From: Terriglobales bacterium
GTDB lineage: Bacteria > Acidobacteriota > Terriglobia > Terriglobales > Acidobacteriaceae
DNA length: 64,000 bases
Direction: 5' to 3'
Assembly (NCBI GenBank): GCA_963823845.1
Contig: CAWGND010000008.1
Span: 729,124-793,123, forward strand
Shown: positions 17,389 to 27,111 of the stretch, piece after piece
Position numbering within the stretch: the first letter of the stretch is position 1
How the letters are laid out: each line of letters starts with the position of its first letter
The notes under the pieces: model-generated
Seen by the model: the letters and a program-made list of their open reading frames with translations, nothing else
What the model was told of the DNA's origin: nothing
Databases searched by the model: none
Position numbers and translations under genes: made by a program

Positions 17389-18366
17389 TCAGGGAACATA
17401 GACGAGGAACTCTGGCATGTCCGGTAGGTCATCAATGAACGTCCCCTTTTTCTTCCCCTTGGAGGAAAAGCGCCGCACCCGCTGCTTCTTCCGCTCGGCC
17501 ACGTAAAAATCGCCGTCGGGGCCGACGGCGAAACCGGAGGGGGCGTCGAGCTTTCCGTCGATCACCGCGCGCGCCTCGAGATCGCCTTTCGGCGGCGTGC
17601 ACGTCAGATCCAGCGCGAGGATGCTGCCGCTGCCCGAGGCACCGATGTAGAGCGTCTCGCCGTGCAGGATCAGGTGCACGGGCGCCTGAAGCACCCGCCC
17701 CGTGATGCGGGCCATCAACTCCCCGGACCGCACATTGAAGACTTTCACTGCGTCGGCGGCTTCGTCCGCCACGTACAGATGCTTGCGGTGCACGACGATG
17801 CCGCGCACCGAGTGCCGTGGCTTGCCGCGCTTGTCGAGCACCACCTTGAGGCCGAGAGGCGCTGGCACATCGAGCGGCGTGTGGTCACCGTACTCGGGAA
17901 GGCGCCCATGGCTGGACGCGACGAGCGTGCCGGGGAGAAACTTCCCGTGGGGATACTGCTTGCGGAGGTGCGCGGCCACCGGTGCGGGTTTGCGGGTCTT
18001 CGGCACCAGCGACACCACGGTGTTGGTATCTTGGCAGGAGACATAGATGCGACCATCGTCCCCCAGCTCCACGTCGAAGGGGTGCACCATCGCCGCAACC
18101 TGCTCGGTCTTCGCGAGCACCTCCTTGAATCGGAAGGTGTCGTCGTGCCGGTGGTAGAGCGCGATGTGGCTATCCTTGCGCCAAGCGTTCGCGATGTAGA
18201 GGTCGTCGCCCACCAATGCGAAGCCGCGCGCAATGTGCAGTGGGTGTGCGGTCGGCGATGGATCCAGGAGCAGCGGATGCACCTTGCGCGGGGAGCCGTC
18301 GTCCTCGAAGACGCCGATGTTGTCGACGCCGTGCCCCGATTCACCCCGATAGCTGATCCACCACAC
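17389..18366 (-). CDS. Beta-propeller-like protein (NHL/YncE-type repeats), function unknown
   Basis: 325 aa with repeated ...DG.(I/F)YV(A/S)... blades (GDDLYIAN, DGRIYVSCQD, HLYVADEA, ETLYIGAS, DGDFYVAER). No signal peptide is present. The DNA is visibly more GC-rich than its neighbours. Confidence 0.55.
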   Translation of the reverse strand: MWWISYRGESGHGVDNIGVFEDDGSPRKVHPLLLDPSPTAHPLHIARGFALVGDDLYIANAWRKDSHIALYHRHDDTFRFKEVLAKTEQVAAMVHPFDVELGDDGRIYVSCQDTNTVVSLVPKTRKPAPVAAHLRKQYPHGKFLPGTLVASSHGRLPEYGDHTPLDVPAPLGLKVVLDKRGKPRHSVRGIVVHRKHLYVADEAADAVKVFNVRSGELMARITGRVLQAPVHLILHGETLYIGASGSGSILALDLTCTPPKGDLEARAVIDGKLDAPSGFAVGPDGDFYVAERKKQRVRRFSSKGKKKGTFIDDLPDMPEFLVYVP

Positions 18367-18845
18367 AGTTCTGTCCTCCGTACACGACGCTGCATCCTCA
18401 TAACCGGCGCGCGATAATTTGCGGCTTTTCAGCCATAGGCAAGCTGCGGCGAAAATTACGACCCGCGCAACTCGACGGGAATGCCGGCATCATGAGTGTT
18501 TTCGTAACCCTATGACTCTGCATGGAAGCGTAGCTTCTGATCGCGAAACAATCGTACAACAATTAGGTCGAGCTATGGACGGCAAGTGGCATCCTCGTAT
18601 ACAAGACGATTTAATTGACGCTGAACAAAAGTCAAATCCACCTGTCGGGTGAGGCCGGCCTGGAGTAAGTTCGGACACATAACCTCCTTTTTCCTCGCAC
18701 ACGAGTTGCCATTCGAAATCCTTCGGACATCAATGCCACTCGATCGCAGAAAACGGGGGCGGCAGCGTTGTTTATCCTAATCCTCGTGCGGGCGAGCCGC
18801 GTTTTGATCAGCACCTTGAAGGCAGGTTTCTAAGGAGGGACTGGG

Positions 18846-20282
18846 TCATCCACCCGGGTGAAGAACCTTATGCTGACTTACATCATCGCCGTCTCCGCTC
18901 CGCAGACTACGGAAGACAATCGTGGACAGGATCGTCAATATCCCAAGAGCGACGAGCGCCTTTTGGATTCCCTGGATCATTTCAGCCGGATCGGTGCGAG
19001 ACGTGGGAATAAAAAACGCTGTAGCTAATCCTGCCGTCGCGACGCCAAAGCTGATGGACATCTGCTGCATCGTGCTCGCGATGGAACTCGCGCTACTGGT
19101 GTCTTTGTCCGTAATGTCAGCATAGACCAGCGTGTTCATGCTCGAGTACTGCAGTGAGGTGAATGCTCCATACAGGAAAGCCTGCAGCACGATGGCCCAA
19201 ATGGGCGTTCGCAATCCTATCGTCGCAAACACCATCAGAAGAACACCGAGGACGACAGTGTTCGAGACGAGAACGCCACGATACCCGACGCGCCTCAAAA
19301 GCCACGGCATGATCGTCTTCATGCTCATGGCGGCAATCGCCTGCGGCATGACAAGCAGCCCGGATTGAATTGGCGTGAAACCGAGACCGACCTGATAAAG
19401 GAGCGGCAGGAGAAACGGTACACCGCCGATTCCCAGTCGCGTGAAAAAACTGCCGCTCACAGCGGCGCGGAAGGTTCGGATGCTGAACAGCTTGAGCTGC
19501 AGGAGGGGGAATGGAATGCTGTGGGCATGAACTCCGTACCCTGCGAGCAAGGCAAAGGACAATGCCAGAAGCCCGGACATCTCTAGCGCACTCAGAGTGT
19601 GCTCTCCGAATATCTCCAGCACGTACGACAATAATCCGATCCCGGAGCCGAACAGGATCAGTCCTACGATATCGAGGGGATGGGTCTGCTCTTCGCGATA
19701 GTCGGGCAGATGCAGATAAACGAGGATCAAACCTGCCAGGCCGATCGGAATATTGAGGAAGAAGATAAAGCGCCAGTGAAGATACCGGACAATCAGGCCG
19801 CCTGCGATGGGGCCAAGCATGGGAGCGATCAAGGCTGGGATGGAAACAAAGCTCATAGCGCGCAGCAGATCTGACTTGGCGAATGTTCGCACCAGAGTGA
19901 GTCGGCCTACCGGGACCATCATGGCTCCGCCGCAACCTTGCAGGATGCGACACGCGACCAGCAGATGGACGTTGTTCGATATCCCGCAGAGAAGCGAACC
20001 GAGAGTGAACAGGCCGATCGCTGAGGTGAATACACGACGAGTTCCGAAGCGGTCCGCCATCCATCCACTGATGGGGATGAAGACCGCGAGACTCAGCGTA
20101 TAGCTCGCCAGCACCGCCTTCATGCTGAGCGGAGTAATGCCAAGCGCCGAAGAGATCGCAGGAACAGCCGTATTGAGAATCGTCGTATCCAGCGACTCCA
20201 TGAAGAACGCGACCGCAACGAGCCACGGAAGGATCCGCCGGGCCGTGTCTGATGGATTATTCGAAGAGGGTGTGTTGATCAC
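18846..20282 (-). CDS. MFS transporter, DHA2 (EmrB/QacA-like, 14-TMS) family
   Basis: 478 aa. LVAVAFFMESLDTTILNTAVPAIS...GWMADRFGTRRVF...LLACRILQGCGGAMMVP are DHA2 signatures. Confidence 0.88.
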   Translation of the reverse strand: MINTPSSNNPSDTARRILPWLVAVAFFMESLDTTILNTAVPAISSALGITPLSMKAVLASYTLSLAVFIPISGWMADRFGTRRVFTSAIGLFTLGSLLCGISNNVHLLVACRILQGCGGAMMVPVGRLTLVRTFAKSDLLRAMSFVSIPALIAPMLGPIAGGLIVRYLHWRFIFFLNIPIGLAGLILVYLHLPDYREEQTHPLDIVGLILFGSGIGLLSYVLEIFGEHTLSALEMSGLLALSFALLAGYGVHAHSIPFPLLQLKLFSIRTFRAAVSGSFFTRLGIGGVPFLLPLLYQVGLGFTPIQSGLLVMPQAIAAMSMKTIMPWLLRRVGYRGVLVSNTVVLGVLLMVFATIGLRTPIWAIVLQAFLYGAFTSLQYSSMNTLVYADITDKDTSSASSIASTMQQMSISFGVATAGLATAFFIPTSRTDPAEMIQGIQKALVALGILTILSTIVFRSLRSGDGDDVSQHKVLHPGG

Positions 20283-20521
20283 TGGCCGGATGGACTCATG
20301 GGAAGAGATCGAGGTCTGCTTTCTATTCGCATGCTAACCGATCGAACGAAGGGATGATCGCACTCCACGGTCTTTCGATCCAAATAGTCTCGCGAGACTC
20401 CGTTCGCGTGACAATTGCCTGCGTATGTCCAAACGCGAGGAACTCATCAGATAGCTCAATCATCTCAAGCAGCCTGGCGTGTTTGCGTAGTACGCGCACG
20501 GGTGGGGCGCCACCGTTTTCT

Positions 20522-21406
20522 TCACTCCGCCATCACGCGCGGATCAAACAGCAGCGGAAAGAACTGCCCCTCTATCTTCTGCCCCTTCGGAATCACCGAC
20601 ACGCCGGTCAGTAGCGGTTCGTCGCTCGCAGAGCGCACTCCGTCGCGGAACACATTCACCAGCGTCGCCCGCCGCGGCCGGTCCGAAAGGTTCTCATACG
20701 ACCCATGTACCGTCAGGGGATGGCGGAACGAGCACTGCCCGCGCTTCAGCTCGATCGGCACCGGCAGGAACGCCTGCTTCTGCTCCTCATCCAGCACCGT
20801 CATGATTTCGTTCATGTCGCCCGCAAGCCCCGTCATCGGCAGCAGGTTCCACTTGTGGCTCCCAGGGACGTAATACAAGCAGCCATTGTCGCGCGTACTG
20901 TCGTCGAGCGCCATCCAGCACGTCAGGTGCACCATCGGCTGCGTTCGAGTCCAGTACGAGTAGTCCTGGTGCCATGCCACCACGCCGCCGTGATGTGCTG
21001 GCTTACAGAAGAGTTGGTCGTGCCAGAACCGCACCGCCCCGTCCAGCAGTTGCGACGCCGCGACCAGAAACGCCGGACTCCACAGCACGTCGTGAAACGT
21101 CGGCCCGGTCCGCCACGCCCCCACCGCGTGAAACAGGATCGTATCCGGGTTGCTCGACTCGTTCGAGTGATACTCGTGGAACAGCTCGTGCGAGGGATGT
21201 GACGGCTCCATCAGCCCAGCCAACTCTGTGCAGAGCGCCTCCACCTGGTGGTCGTCAAGTACCTGCACGCCGACCAGAAATCCGTCGCGGTGAAACGCCT
21301 CCAGTTGGTTCTGGTTGAGGCGATACTGCTGCCAGTCCTGTTTATGCGCGGGCAGCGATCCCAGCGCGCCAGTGGGTGTATGCAACTCCGAGAAATCCTG
21401 CATCAT
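20522..21406 (-). CDS. Phytanoyl-CoA dioxygenase (PhyH) family Fe(II)/2-oxoglutarate oxygenase
   Basis: 294 aa. Motifs are [34 protein letters not shown] and [12 protein letters not shown]. Confidence 0.8.
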   Translation of the reverse strand: MMQDFSELHTPTGALGSLPAHKQDWQQYRLNQNQLEAFHRDGFLVGVQVLDDHQVEALCTELAGLMEPSHPSHELFHEYHSNESSNPDTILFHAVGAWRTGPTFHDVLWSPAFLVAASQLLDGAVRFWHDQLFCKPAHHGGVVAWHQDYSYWTRTQPMVHLTCWMALDDSTRDNGCLYYVPGSHKWNLLPMTGLAGDMNEIMTVLDEEQKQAFLPVPIELKRGQCSFRHPLTVHGSYENLSDRPRRATLVNVFRDGVRSASDEPLLTGVSVIPKGQKIEGQFFPLLFDPRVMAE

Positions 21407-21548
21407 GGGACATCATCCGTTGAATCGAGATCGGGCTTGAGCAAGGCGCCCTCGCCCGCTTTTCTACATCACCGCGGCACGGATGACAAACCAATCGCCG
21501 GCCGCCCTGTTCTCACTTCGGAGACCCCGGATTAGCCTGCCAACGACC

Positions 21549-21758
21549 TCACCAATGCGACATCCTCTGCAGGAGTTTTCTTACTTCCCAATTGTTTTGC
21601 GGATCGGCAATATAACCCGCTATGTAGAGGCGTTCCATGGCAGCCCAGTCTTGTCCCTTCCAGGCACGCATACTCGGACCATCTTTGAAAGTGGTCAGGT
21701 ACAAAAGCGCGAGAACGTGGGGAGTTCCAGGTACTGATCCGCCGGAGGGCCGATACAC
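21549..21758 (-). CDS. Small protein resembling DUF6429 (from memory), possibly C-terminally altered
   Basis: 69 aa. The core is LALLYLTTFKDGPSMRAWKGQDWAAMERLYIAGYIADP. The expected downstream KAKSV.LT.EG-type segment is missing. Confidence 0.4.
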   Translation of the reverse strand: MYRPSGGSVPGTPHVLALLYLTTFKDGPSMRAWKGQDWAAMERLYIAGYIADPQNNWEVRKLLQRMSHW

Positions 21759-21772
21759 TAGGGGCCACCTGT

Positions 21773-24298
21773 TCAGTCGTTGCGGAGAGCCAGGAGGGGA
21801 TCGATCGATGCGGCGCGAAATGCGGGGCGGCCGGCGGCGAAGATCGCGACGATCAACACGGCTGCGGCGGCGACGGAGAGCTCCACTGCCCCGTGAGCCG
21901 TAACGCCGTAGAGCATCCCCTGGACAAGATGGATTGCGGCTGCCGCAACCGCGGCGCCGATGAAAATGCCAACGATCGCAAGGGTGAAGGCCTGCCCCAG
22001 AATGGAGCGCAGGACGCGGGCGCGATCTGCGCCGAGAGCCATGCGAATGCCGATGTCATGGGTTCGGCGCGCGATGGATTGCGACAGGAGGCCGTAGAGG
22101 CCAACGAGAGCCAGCGTTAAGGCCAACCCCGCAAACCCCGCCAGAAGAGCGCTGCGGAAGCGTGGTTGCGATAATGCGGCGGCCTGTTCTGCACGCAGAC
22201 CGTCGATGTTACTCAAGACAAGATTGGCATCGATATCGGAGAGTCGCTGCTGCACGTTCGCGACGAGGGCCGTGGGGCTGCCGCTGACTGAAATCATGAG
22301 TGTGAGCGATGGCGGTGCGGATTGGGCGAGGGGCCGGTAGAGAGCGGGCTGTTCGACGTAGCCCATCTCCTGAAAAACGGTGGTGGTCTTGACGTCGGCG
22401 ACAACGCCAACGATGTTCAGCCAGGGATTGGCAGGATCGCCAGAGGGACCAAGCTTGATGGCATGCTGCAACGGATCGGCATCAAGGAAATACTGCCGGG
22501 CAAGAGCTTGATTGACGATAGCTACTGGTTGCGTATCTTTTCGGTCGCGGACGTCGAATATTCTTCCGCGCAGGAGGGAAATGCCAAGAGTCGCGAAGCC
22601 TGAAGTGCCGATGTCCTGGATGGCGACGTTGGAAACCTGATTCTGAGGCTGTCCTGCGACCGACAGCTGATTCATGCCGCGCGGAACATAGTCGGAGCTA
22701 AGGGTTGCGGAGAGGACACCGGGGATCGCCGTGACTTGAGATTGCAGGCGGTCTGCGAATTGACTGCGCGCGGAGGGACTCGCGTAGATGTCTTGAGATA
22801 GATCGATCCGCGCTGTAAAGAGGTGATCAGTGCGATAGCCGAGATTTTCAGAGGTGAGCCTCCAGAGGCTTTCCGAAATCAGCACCGCGCCCGCTAGAAG
22901 CACCATGGATGCGGCGACCTGGATTACGACAAGCGAGGAAGTGACGCGGAGGGACGTGGTAGCCATGCTGGGCGCGCTGGACTTCAGAGCTGTATTGGGA
23001 TCGACGCGGGTTCCGCGCCATGTAGGGAAGAGGGCGAAGACGATTGAGGAGGCGATTCCGGAGGCTGCTGTGAACAGAAGCACGGGCCAGTCGATGGAGA
23101 GGCCGGCGCCGGGAGGCAATTCGATGGGGTTTGCCGCGCGGAACCATTGAACGAGGATGGCGGCGATTGCAAGGCCGGCCACGGATCCCAGGAATCCGAG
23201 CAGGAGGGACTCAGTCAGTGCCTGGAGGGCGATGCGGCGGAAGGTTGCGCCGATGGCGACACGCACGGCCAGTTCTCGACTGCGGGCGGTGGAGCGTCCC
23301 AGAAGGAGGCTGCCCACGTTGAGCGAGGCCATGAAAAGGATGAGGCCCGACGCTGCCAGGAGAAGCCAAAGGCCCTTGCGGAGATTGCGGCCGGCGAGCC
23401 ATGTGAAGTTCGATTGCAGGTCGAGAACGTCGGGAGCCAGAGTGCTCATGATTTTGAGATCGGCGGGTGTCTCAGGCAATACGCCGGCCTGGATTGCGGT
23501 CAATTCGGATTCGGCTGCGGCGCGGGTCACGCCAGGCTTGAGCAATCCAAACACGCCGGTCATGCTGTTCCACGGCTTCTGTGCGAATTCACCAGTGGGA
23601 GTGATGAGACTCCACGCATCGGTGGCTACGGGATAGAAGGAGAAGGTTTTCGGCATGATGCCGGTGACCAGGCAGGAAGTATTTCGGAAGGAGAGATTAT
23701 GACCCACAATGTCGGCGGGAGCGCCCAGTTTGCGAGTCCAGAAGTTGTAGGCGAGGACGACGGTGCAGCCATTCTGGAGGTCGCGTGGGGCGAATGTGCG
23801 ACCGATTTGTGCTGCCTGGCCCAGCATAGAAAAGAAGTCGACGCTGGCGGGAATGGTGAGCACATCGACCGGCTTGCCTTGCCACAGAAGCGTCCTGGGG
23901 CCTGTTGCCCAGGTGAGAGCCGCGAGCTTTTCAAAGCTGCGGTTCTGTTGCCGCCAGACATCGAATTCGCGATAGGTGTTGAAGTATGCGCCTGAATCGC
24001 GGTGGGCGGCGTCCGTCTGCCAGACCACGACAAGCCGTTCAGAATGCCGGTAAGGGAGTGGGCGCAAGAGCACCGCTTCGACGATGCTGAAGATGGCAGA
24101 GTTTGCGCCGATGCCGAAGGCTAGGGTGAGGATGGCCATCAAGGCAAATTCGCGCGACCTGGTTAATTGGCGCATGGCGTGGTAAAGGTCACGTGCAAAG
24201 TTCTCTAGTGGGTGCATGGGGGACGGCTCCGAGGGCTGGCGCGGCCGCGACTCGCAATTGACCCTGGGGATTTGAGTCCCGGAGCGAACTGACCTCAT
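21773..24298 (-). CDS. ADOP-family duplicated permease (MacB/FtsX-like, two MacB_PCD + FtsX modules)
   Basis: 841 aa. LTRSREFALMAILTLAFGIGANSAIFSIVEAVLLRPLPYRHSERLVVVW is the typical ADOP N-terminus. There are two FtsX-like 4-TM modules, and it ends ...ASIDPLLALRND. Confidence 0.9.
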   Translation of the reverse strand: MRSVRSGTQIPRVNCESRPRQPSEPSPMHPLENFARDLYHAMRQLTRSREFALMAILTLAFGIGANSAIFSIVEAVLLRPLPYRHSERLVVVWQTDAAHRDSGAYFNTYREFDVWRQQNRSFEKLAALTWATGPRTLLWQGKPVDVLTIPASVDFFSMLGQAAQIGRTFAPRDLQNGCTVVLAYNFWTRKLGAPADIVGHNLSFRNTSCLVTGIMPKTFSFYPVATDAWSLITPTGEFAQKPWNSMTGVFGLLKPGVTRAAAESELTAIQAGVLPETPADLKIMSTLAPDVLDLQSNFTWLAGRNLRKGLWLLLAASGLILFMASLNVGSLLLGRSTARSRELAVRVAIGATFRRIALQALTESLLLGFLGSVAGLAIAAILVQWFRAANPIELPPGAGLSIDWPVLLFTAASGIASSIVFALFPTWRGTRVDPNTALKSSAPSMATTSLRVTSSLVVIQVAASMVLLAGAVLISESLWRLTSENLGYRTDHLFTARIDLSQDIYASPSARSQFADRLQSQVTAIPGVLSATLSSDYVPRGMNQLSVAGQPQNQVSNVAIQDIGTSGFATLGISLLRGRIFDVRDRKDTQPVAIVNQALARQYFLDADPLQHAIKLGPSGDPANPWLNIVGVVADVKTTTVFQEMGYVEQPALYRPLAQSAPPSLTLMISVSGSPTALVANVQQRLSDIDANLVLSNIDGLRAEQAAALSQPRFRSALLAGFAGLALTLALVGLYGLLSQSIARRTHDIGIRMALGADRARVLRSILGQAFTLAIVGIFIGAAVAAAAIHLVQGMLYGVTAHGAVELSVAAAAVLIVAIFAAGRPAFRAASIDPLLALRND

Positions 24299-24463
24299 AC
24301 CCCGGAGAACCGCGTCGGAGATAGTGTAACCATGGCTGGCCGTTTTCGAGAATCCCTATGGTCCCAGCGCCTCGAATGAGGCGTACAGGAGCACTCATCG
24401 TCGTGAATTATCACTGACGAGAAACCGCACTTGGCAGGACTTATTTTTCGTTGACACCTTGCA

Positions 24464-24494
24464 CTTCTACATATCATGCATGTATATGTAGAAG
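24464..24494. promoter_or_regulatory. 31-bp palindrome (candidate PadR operator) overlapping a sigma70-like promoter
   Basis: CTTCTACATAT-CATGCATGT-ATATGTAGAAG has perfect 11-bp arms and internal ACAT/ATGT cores. TTGACA lies at 24451-24456 and TATCAT 15 nt downstream. The palindrome ends 8 nt before the padR ATG (24503). Confidence 0.5.
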
Positions 24495-24502
24495 AACTAG
24501 GC

Positions 24503-24825
24503 ATGACGACCTCATCCAAATTCGACCTTCCTCAAGGCACCCTTGACCTGCTCATCACGGCTATGCGATTGCGCAGCGCATCCAGATGATCTCCAAAGAG
24601 GCGCTCCAGATCCAGCAAGGCTCGCTGTACCCCGCACTGCATCGCCTGGAAAACAAGAAGTTCCTTGTCGCTGAATGGGGTCCGACCGAGACGGGCCGCG
24701 ACGCAAAGTTTTACCGGCTGACAGCGAAGGGTCGAACTCAACTGAAGATCGAAACCGAGAGCTGGGAGCGTCTGACCGACATCGTAGCTACGATCCTAAA
24801 GCATCCACTGGGAGAACCATCATGA
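24503..24825 (+). pseudogene. PadR-family transcriptional regulator, reading frame broken by an internal deletion
   Basis: Frame 1 reads MTTSSKFDLPQGTLDLLIT... and stops at 24587. Frame 2 reads (H)GYAIAQRIQMISKEALQIQQGSLYPALHRLENKKFLVAEWGPTETGRDAKFYRLTAKGRTQL. The roughly 10 residues normally between LLI and HGY are missing, and the frame shifts. Confidence 0.75.
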
Positions 24826-25241
24826 ACTGGTTTCAGCGGCTTACAAAGACAGGTCGGATGGAAAAGGAACTCGACGCCGTGCTTCGCTTTCATTTCGAAA
24901 CGCTGGTAGCGGACAAGATTCAAGCGGGCTTCAGCGAAGCCGAAGCGCGCCGGGTAACCCGCCTTGAATTCGGAGGTCTCGAGCAGATCAAGGAAGACTG
25001 CCGCGAAAGCCGCGGAACACTCTGGCTTGTGTCCATAGTGCAGGACCTCCGGTTCGGTGCGCGTATCCTGGCTAAATCGCCGGGGTTCTCAGTTACCGCA
25101 ATCGTGGTCCTTTCACTCGGCATCGGCGTCAGCACTCTGGCATTTAGCCTGTACAACATCGCCGCGCTGCAATCCCTTCCCGTGCGCGACCCTTCAACCG
25201 TGGTTCGCGGACTCTTCAAGCTTCAACTCGGGCAGAGATAA
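24822..25241 (+). pseudogene. N-terminal 139-codon fragment of a second ADOP permease gene
   Basis: MNWFQRLTKTGRMEKELDAVLRFHFETLVADKIQAGFSEAEARRVTRLEFGGLEQIKEDCRESRG...AKSPGFSVTAIVVLSLGIGVSTLAFS is the permease-prefix domain plus the first TM only. The ATG overlaps the padR stop (ATGA). Intact family members are about 800 aa or more. Confidence 0.8.
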
Positions 25242-25265
25242 CTCAATAAAGGAGACTCAATAGAG

Positions 25266-25698
25266 ATGGAACGCTATACCTTGATCGCAGCTCGACATCC
25301 TCATCGCAATCATTTTTCTTCTGAACGGTCTTAACGTCATCGGCCAAACCCTCGCGACACACGAAATCGCCGCGCACGGTGTTCCAGTCAGTTTTGTTCC
25401 TGCACTGATTATGGGAGCACGTGCTCTGCAACTTATCGCCGGTACTTGCCTGGTGCTGGGAATCTATCCCCGTGTATCTGCCATCGCCTTGCTGCTGTTC
25501 CTGATACCAGCTACCCTCATGGCCCATGCATTCTGGCAGGTGGCGGACGCATCGCTGTATCCGGTTCAGCTGATCAACTTCTTCAAGAATGTGTGCATGG
25601 CTGGTGGATTGGTTTTCATCGCCGCCGCAAAAGATCAACCTGTTCTCCTTCCACGCTCAGCTCGGTTGACTCCTATGCACACGGCTATTTTGGACTAG
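25266..25698 (+). pseudogene. DoxX-family membrane protein with a probable frameshift near the 5' end (or a sequencing error)
   Basis: MERYTLIA (frame 1) switches at about 25282-25291 to LDILIAIIFLLNGLNVIGQ...ALIMGARALQLIAGTCLVLGIYPRVSAIALLLFLIPATLMAHAFW...FFKNVCMAGGLVFIAA. In the DoxX frame the first ATG leaves only 95 aa (25411-25698). Confidence 0.65.
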
Positions 25699-25880
25699 CT
25701 GGGTGTGAGGTCTCAATTTGCGAGTTGGCCTTTGCCCGGTCATGAGCACAGGGGTTCAGAGCGCAATCAGGATCAATGGACCCAAGGGGCTTTAGCCCCC
25801 TTGAGGTAAGCTTTCCCCCTAAGCCATGCAATCTGACGAATTTACAAAAATATGGGGCTAGGTATGGAAAGCCGTCATCG

Positions 25881-27032
25881 TCAGGAAACATTCGAGAGCC
25901 GGCCATCTTTGAGCGTGAATTTCTTGTCGCGCCATGTAATCGTGTTTCCGGCATAGCTCCACGTCCAGACACCGAGCGCCACCAGGTCACGCGGCAGAAG
26001 GAGCCAGAGATCGCGCAGGACCTGCGTATCGCGCAGAACGCCTGCGCCAATCGCAAGAGCCACCGTTACTCGTGCCGCCAAGACCAGGCTCAGAAGCGCA
26101 AGGCTCGAAAGACTTGCGCCCGCGGCGATCAGGTTCAGCACAGCCCATGGCAATCCGAAGGTGAACACAACACCCAGGTAGCCCAACCTGCGCGCGTCGC
26201 GCATGCCGCGCGCCCAGCGAAGTTGATGCGCAAGAAATTGCCCGAAGCTGTAAGCCGGAATCGTCGTTTCGACAAGTTCGTCGGTCAGTTCCACGCGATA
26301 GCCTTTGGCTGCGATGCGCGCGCCGAGTTCGTAGTCATCGGCGAGATAGTCGGCCAGCGGCGCGAGACCGCCGATCGCATCGAGCGCTTCGCGCGACATG
26401 GCCAGCGTCGAGCCGAGTCCGAAGCGGATGCCGCCTTCGAGCTTGCGCGCCGTGAGCACTCCGGCGGCAAAGTCGGTTGAGATGCCGAGCGCTTCCATCT
26501 TCGAGCCAAGCGTGCCGTGCGAGCGTCCACGATAGAGCGCGGTTACCATGCCGACTTTCGCATCGGCAAACGGAGCCATCACGCGCTCGAGATAGCGCGG
26601 TGAAACTTTAATGTCACTGTCATTGATCAGAATGTGCCCGAAGCGCGCCTGCGGAACCACCTGCGCCAGGTTGCTAACCTTGCCGTTAGCACCGAGCACC
26701 TCGGGGCAGAGAACCAGGTGGATGGCAATTTGCGGGAACTCGGCCTTCAGTTGTCCGACGGCTGCGACCGCCGGATCCTCCATGCTGCTGACGCCGAAGA
26801 GAATTTCGTATTCTCCCGCATATTGCTGGCGGCAGTGGCTGGCAAAACTCGCGTACATTTCATGATCGAAGCCCTTCAACGGCTTGAGAATGCTGACCGG
26901 AGGATGAGACGTTACAGCACTTGGGCCCTTGCGTCGCACGAAATCGCGCACGCTCCAAAGCGCGGCAAAATAGAAGCCCAACCCGCATAGAGCGAGGATG
27001 GTCGTGATGCTTTCAACGATGACTGCGAGCAT
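25881..27032 (-). CDS. Family 21 glycosyltransferase (ceramide glucosyltransferase / HpnI-like)
   Basis: 383 aa. Motifs are PPVSILKPLKG.D, GANGKVSNL, INDSDIKV, DDYELG and QLRWARG(M)R, with TM segments at both ends. Confidence 0.8.
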   Translation of the reverse strand: MLAVIVESITTILALCGLGFYFAALWSVRDFVRRKGPSAVTSHPPVSILKPLKGFDHEMYASFASHCRQQYAGEYEILFGVSSMEDPAVAAVGQLKAEFPQIAIHLVLCPEVLGANGKVSNLAQVVPQARFGHILINDSDIKVSPRYLERVMAPFADAKVGMVTALYRGRSHGTLGSKMEALGISTDFAAGVLTARKLEGGIRFGLGSTLAMSREALDAIGGLAPLADYLADDYELGARIAAKGYRVELTDELVETTIPAYSFGQFLAHQLRWARGMRDARRLGYLGVVFTFGLPWAVLNLIAAGASLSSLALLSLVLAARVTVALAIGAGVLRDTQVLRDLWLLLPRDLVALGVWTWSYAGNTITWRDKKFTLKDGRLSNVS

Positions 27033-27111
27033 GAATGCTCAGTTTACAGGGCACCGAGCTGCAGAGGCTGGCACGAATGGCGCGAAGCGCGTCCGCCTGG
27101 ACGGCCAGTCC

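Noticed and set aside
20340-20521. A possible short antitoxin-like ORF (VRVLRKHARLLEMIELSDEFLAFGHTQAIVTRTESRETIWIE...) on the minus strand between the PhyH and MFS genes
   Set aside because: It shows only a vague resemblance to Phd/YefM-type antitoxins. It has no ATG start or RBS and no partner toxin gene. The evidence is insufficient.
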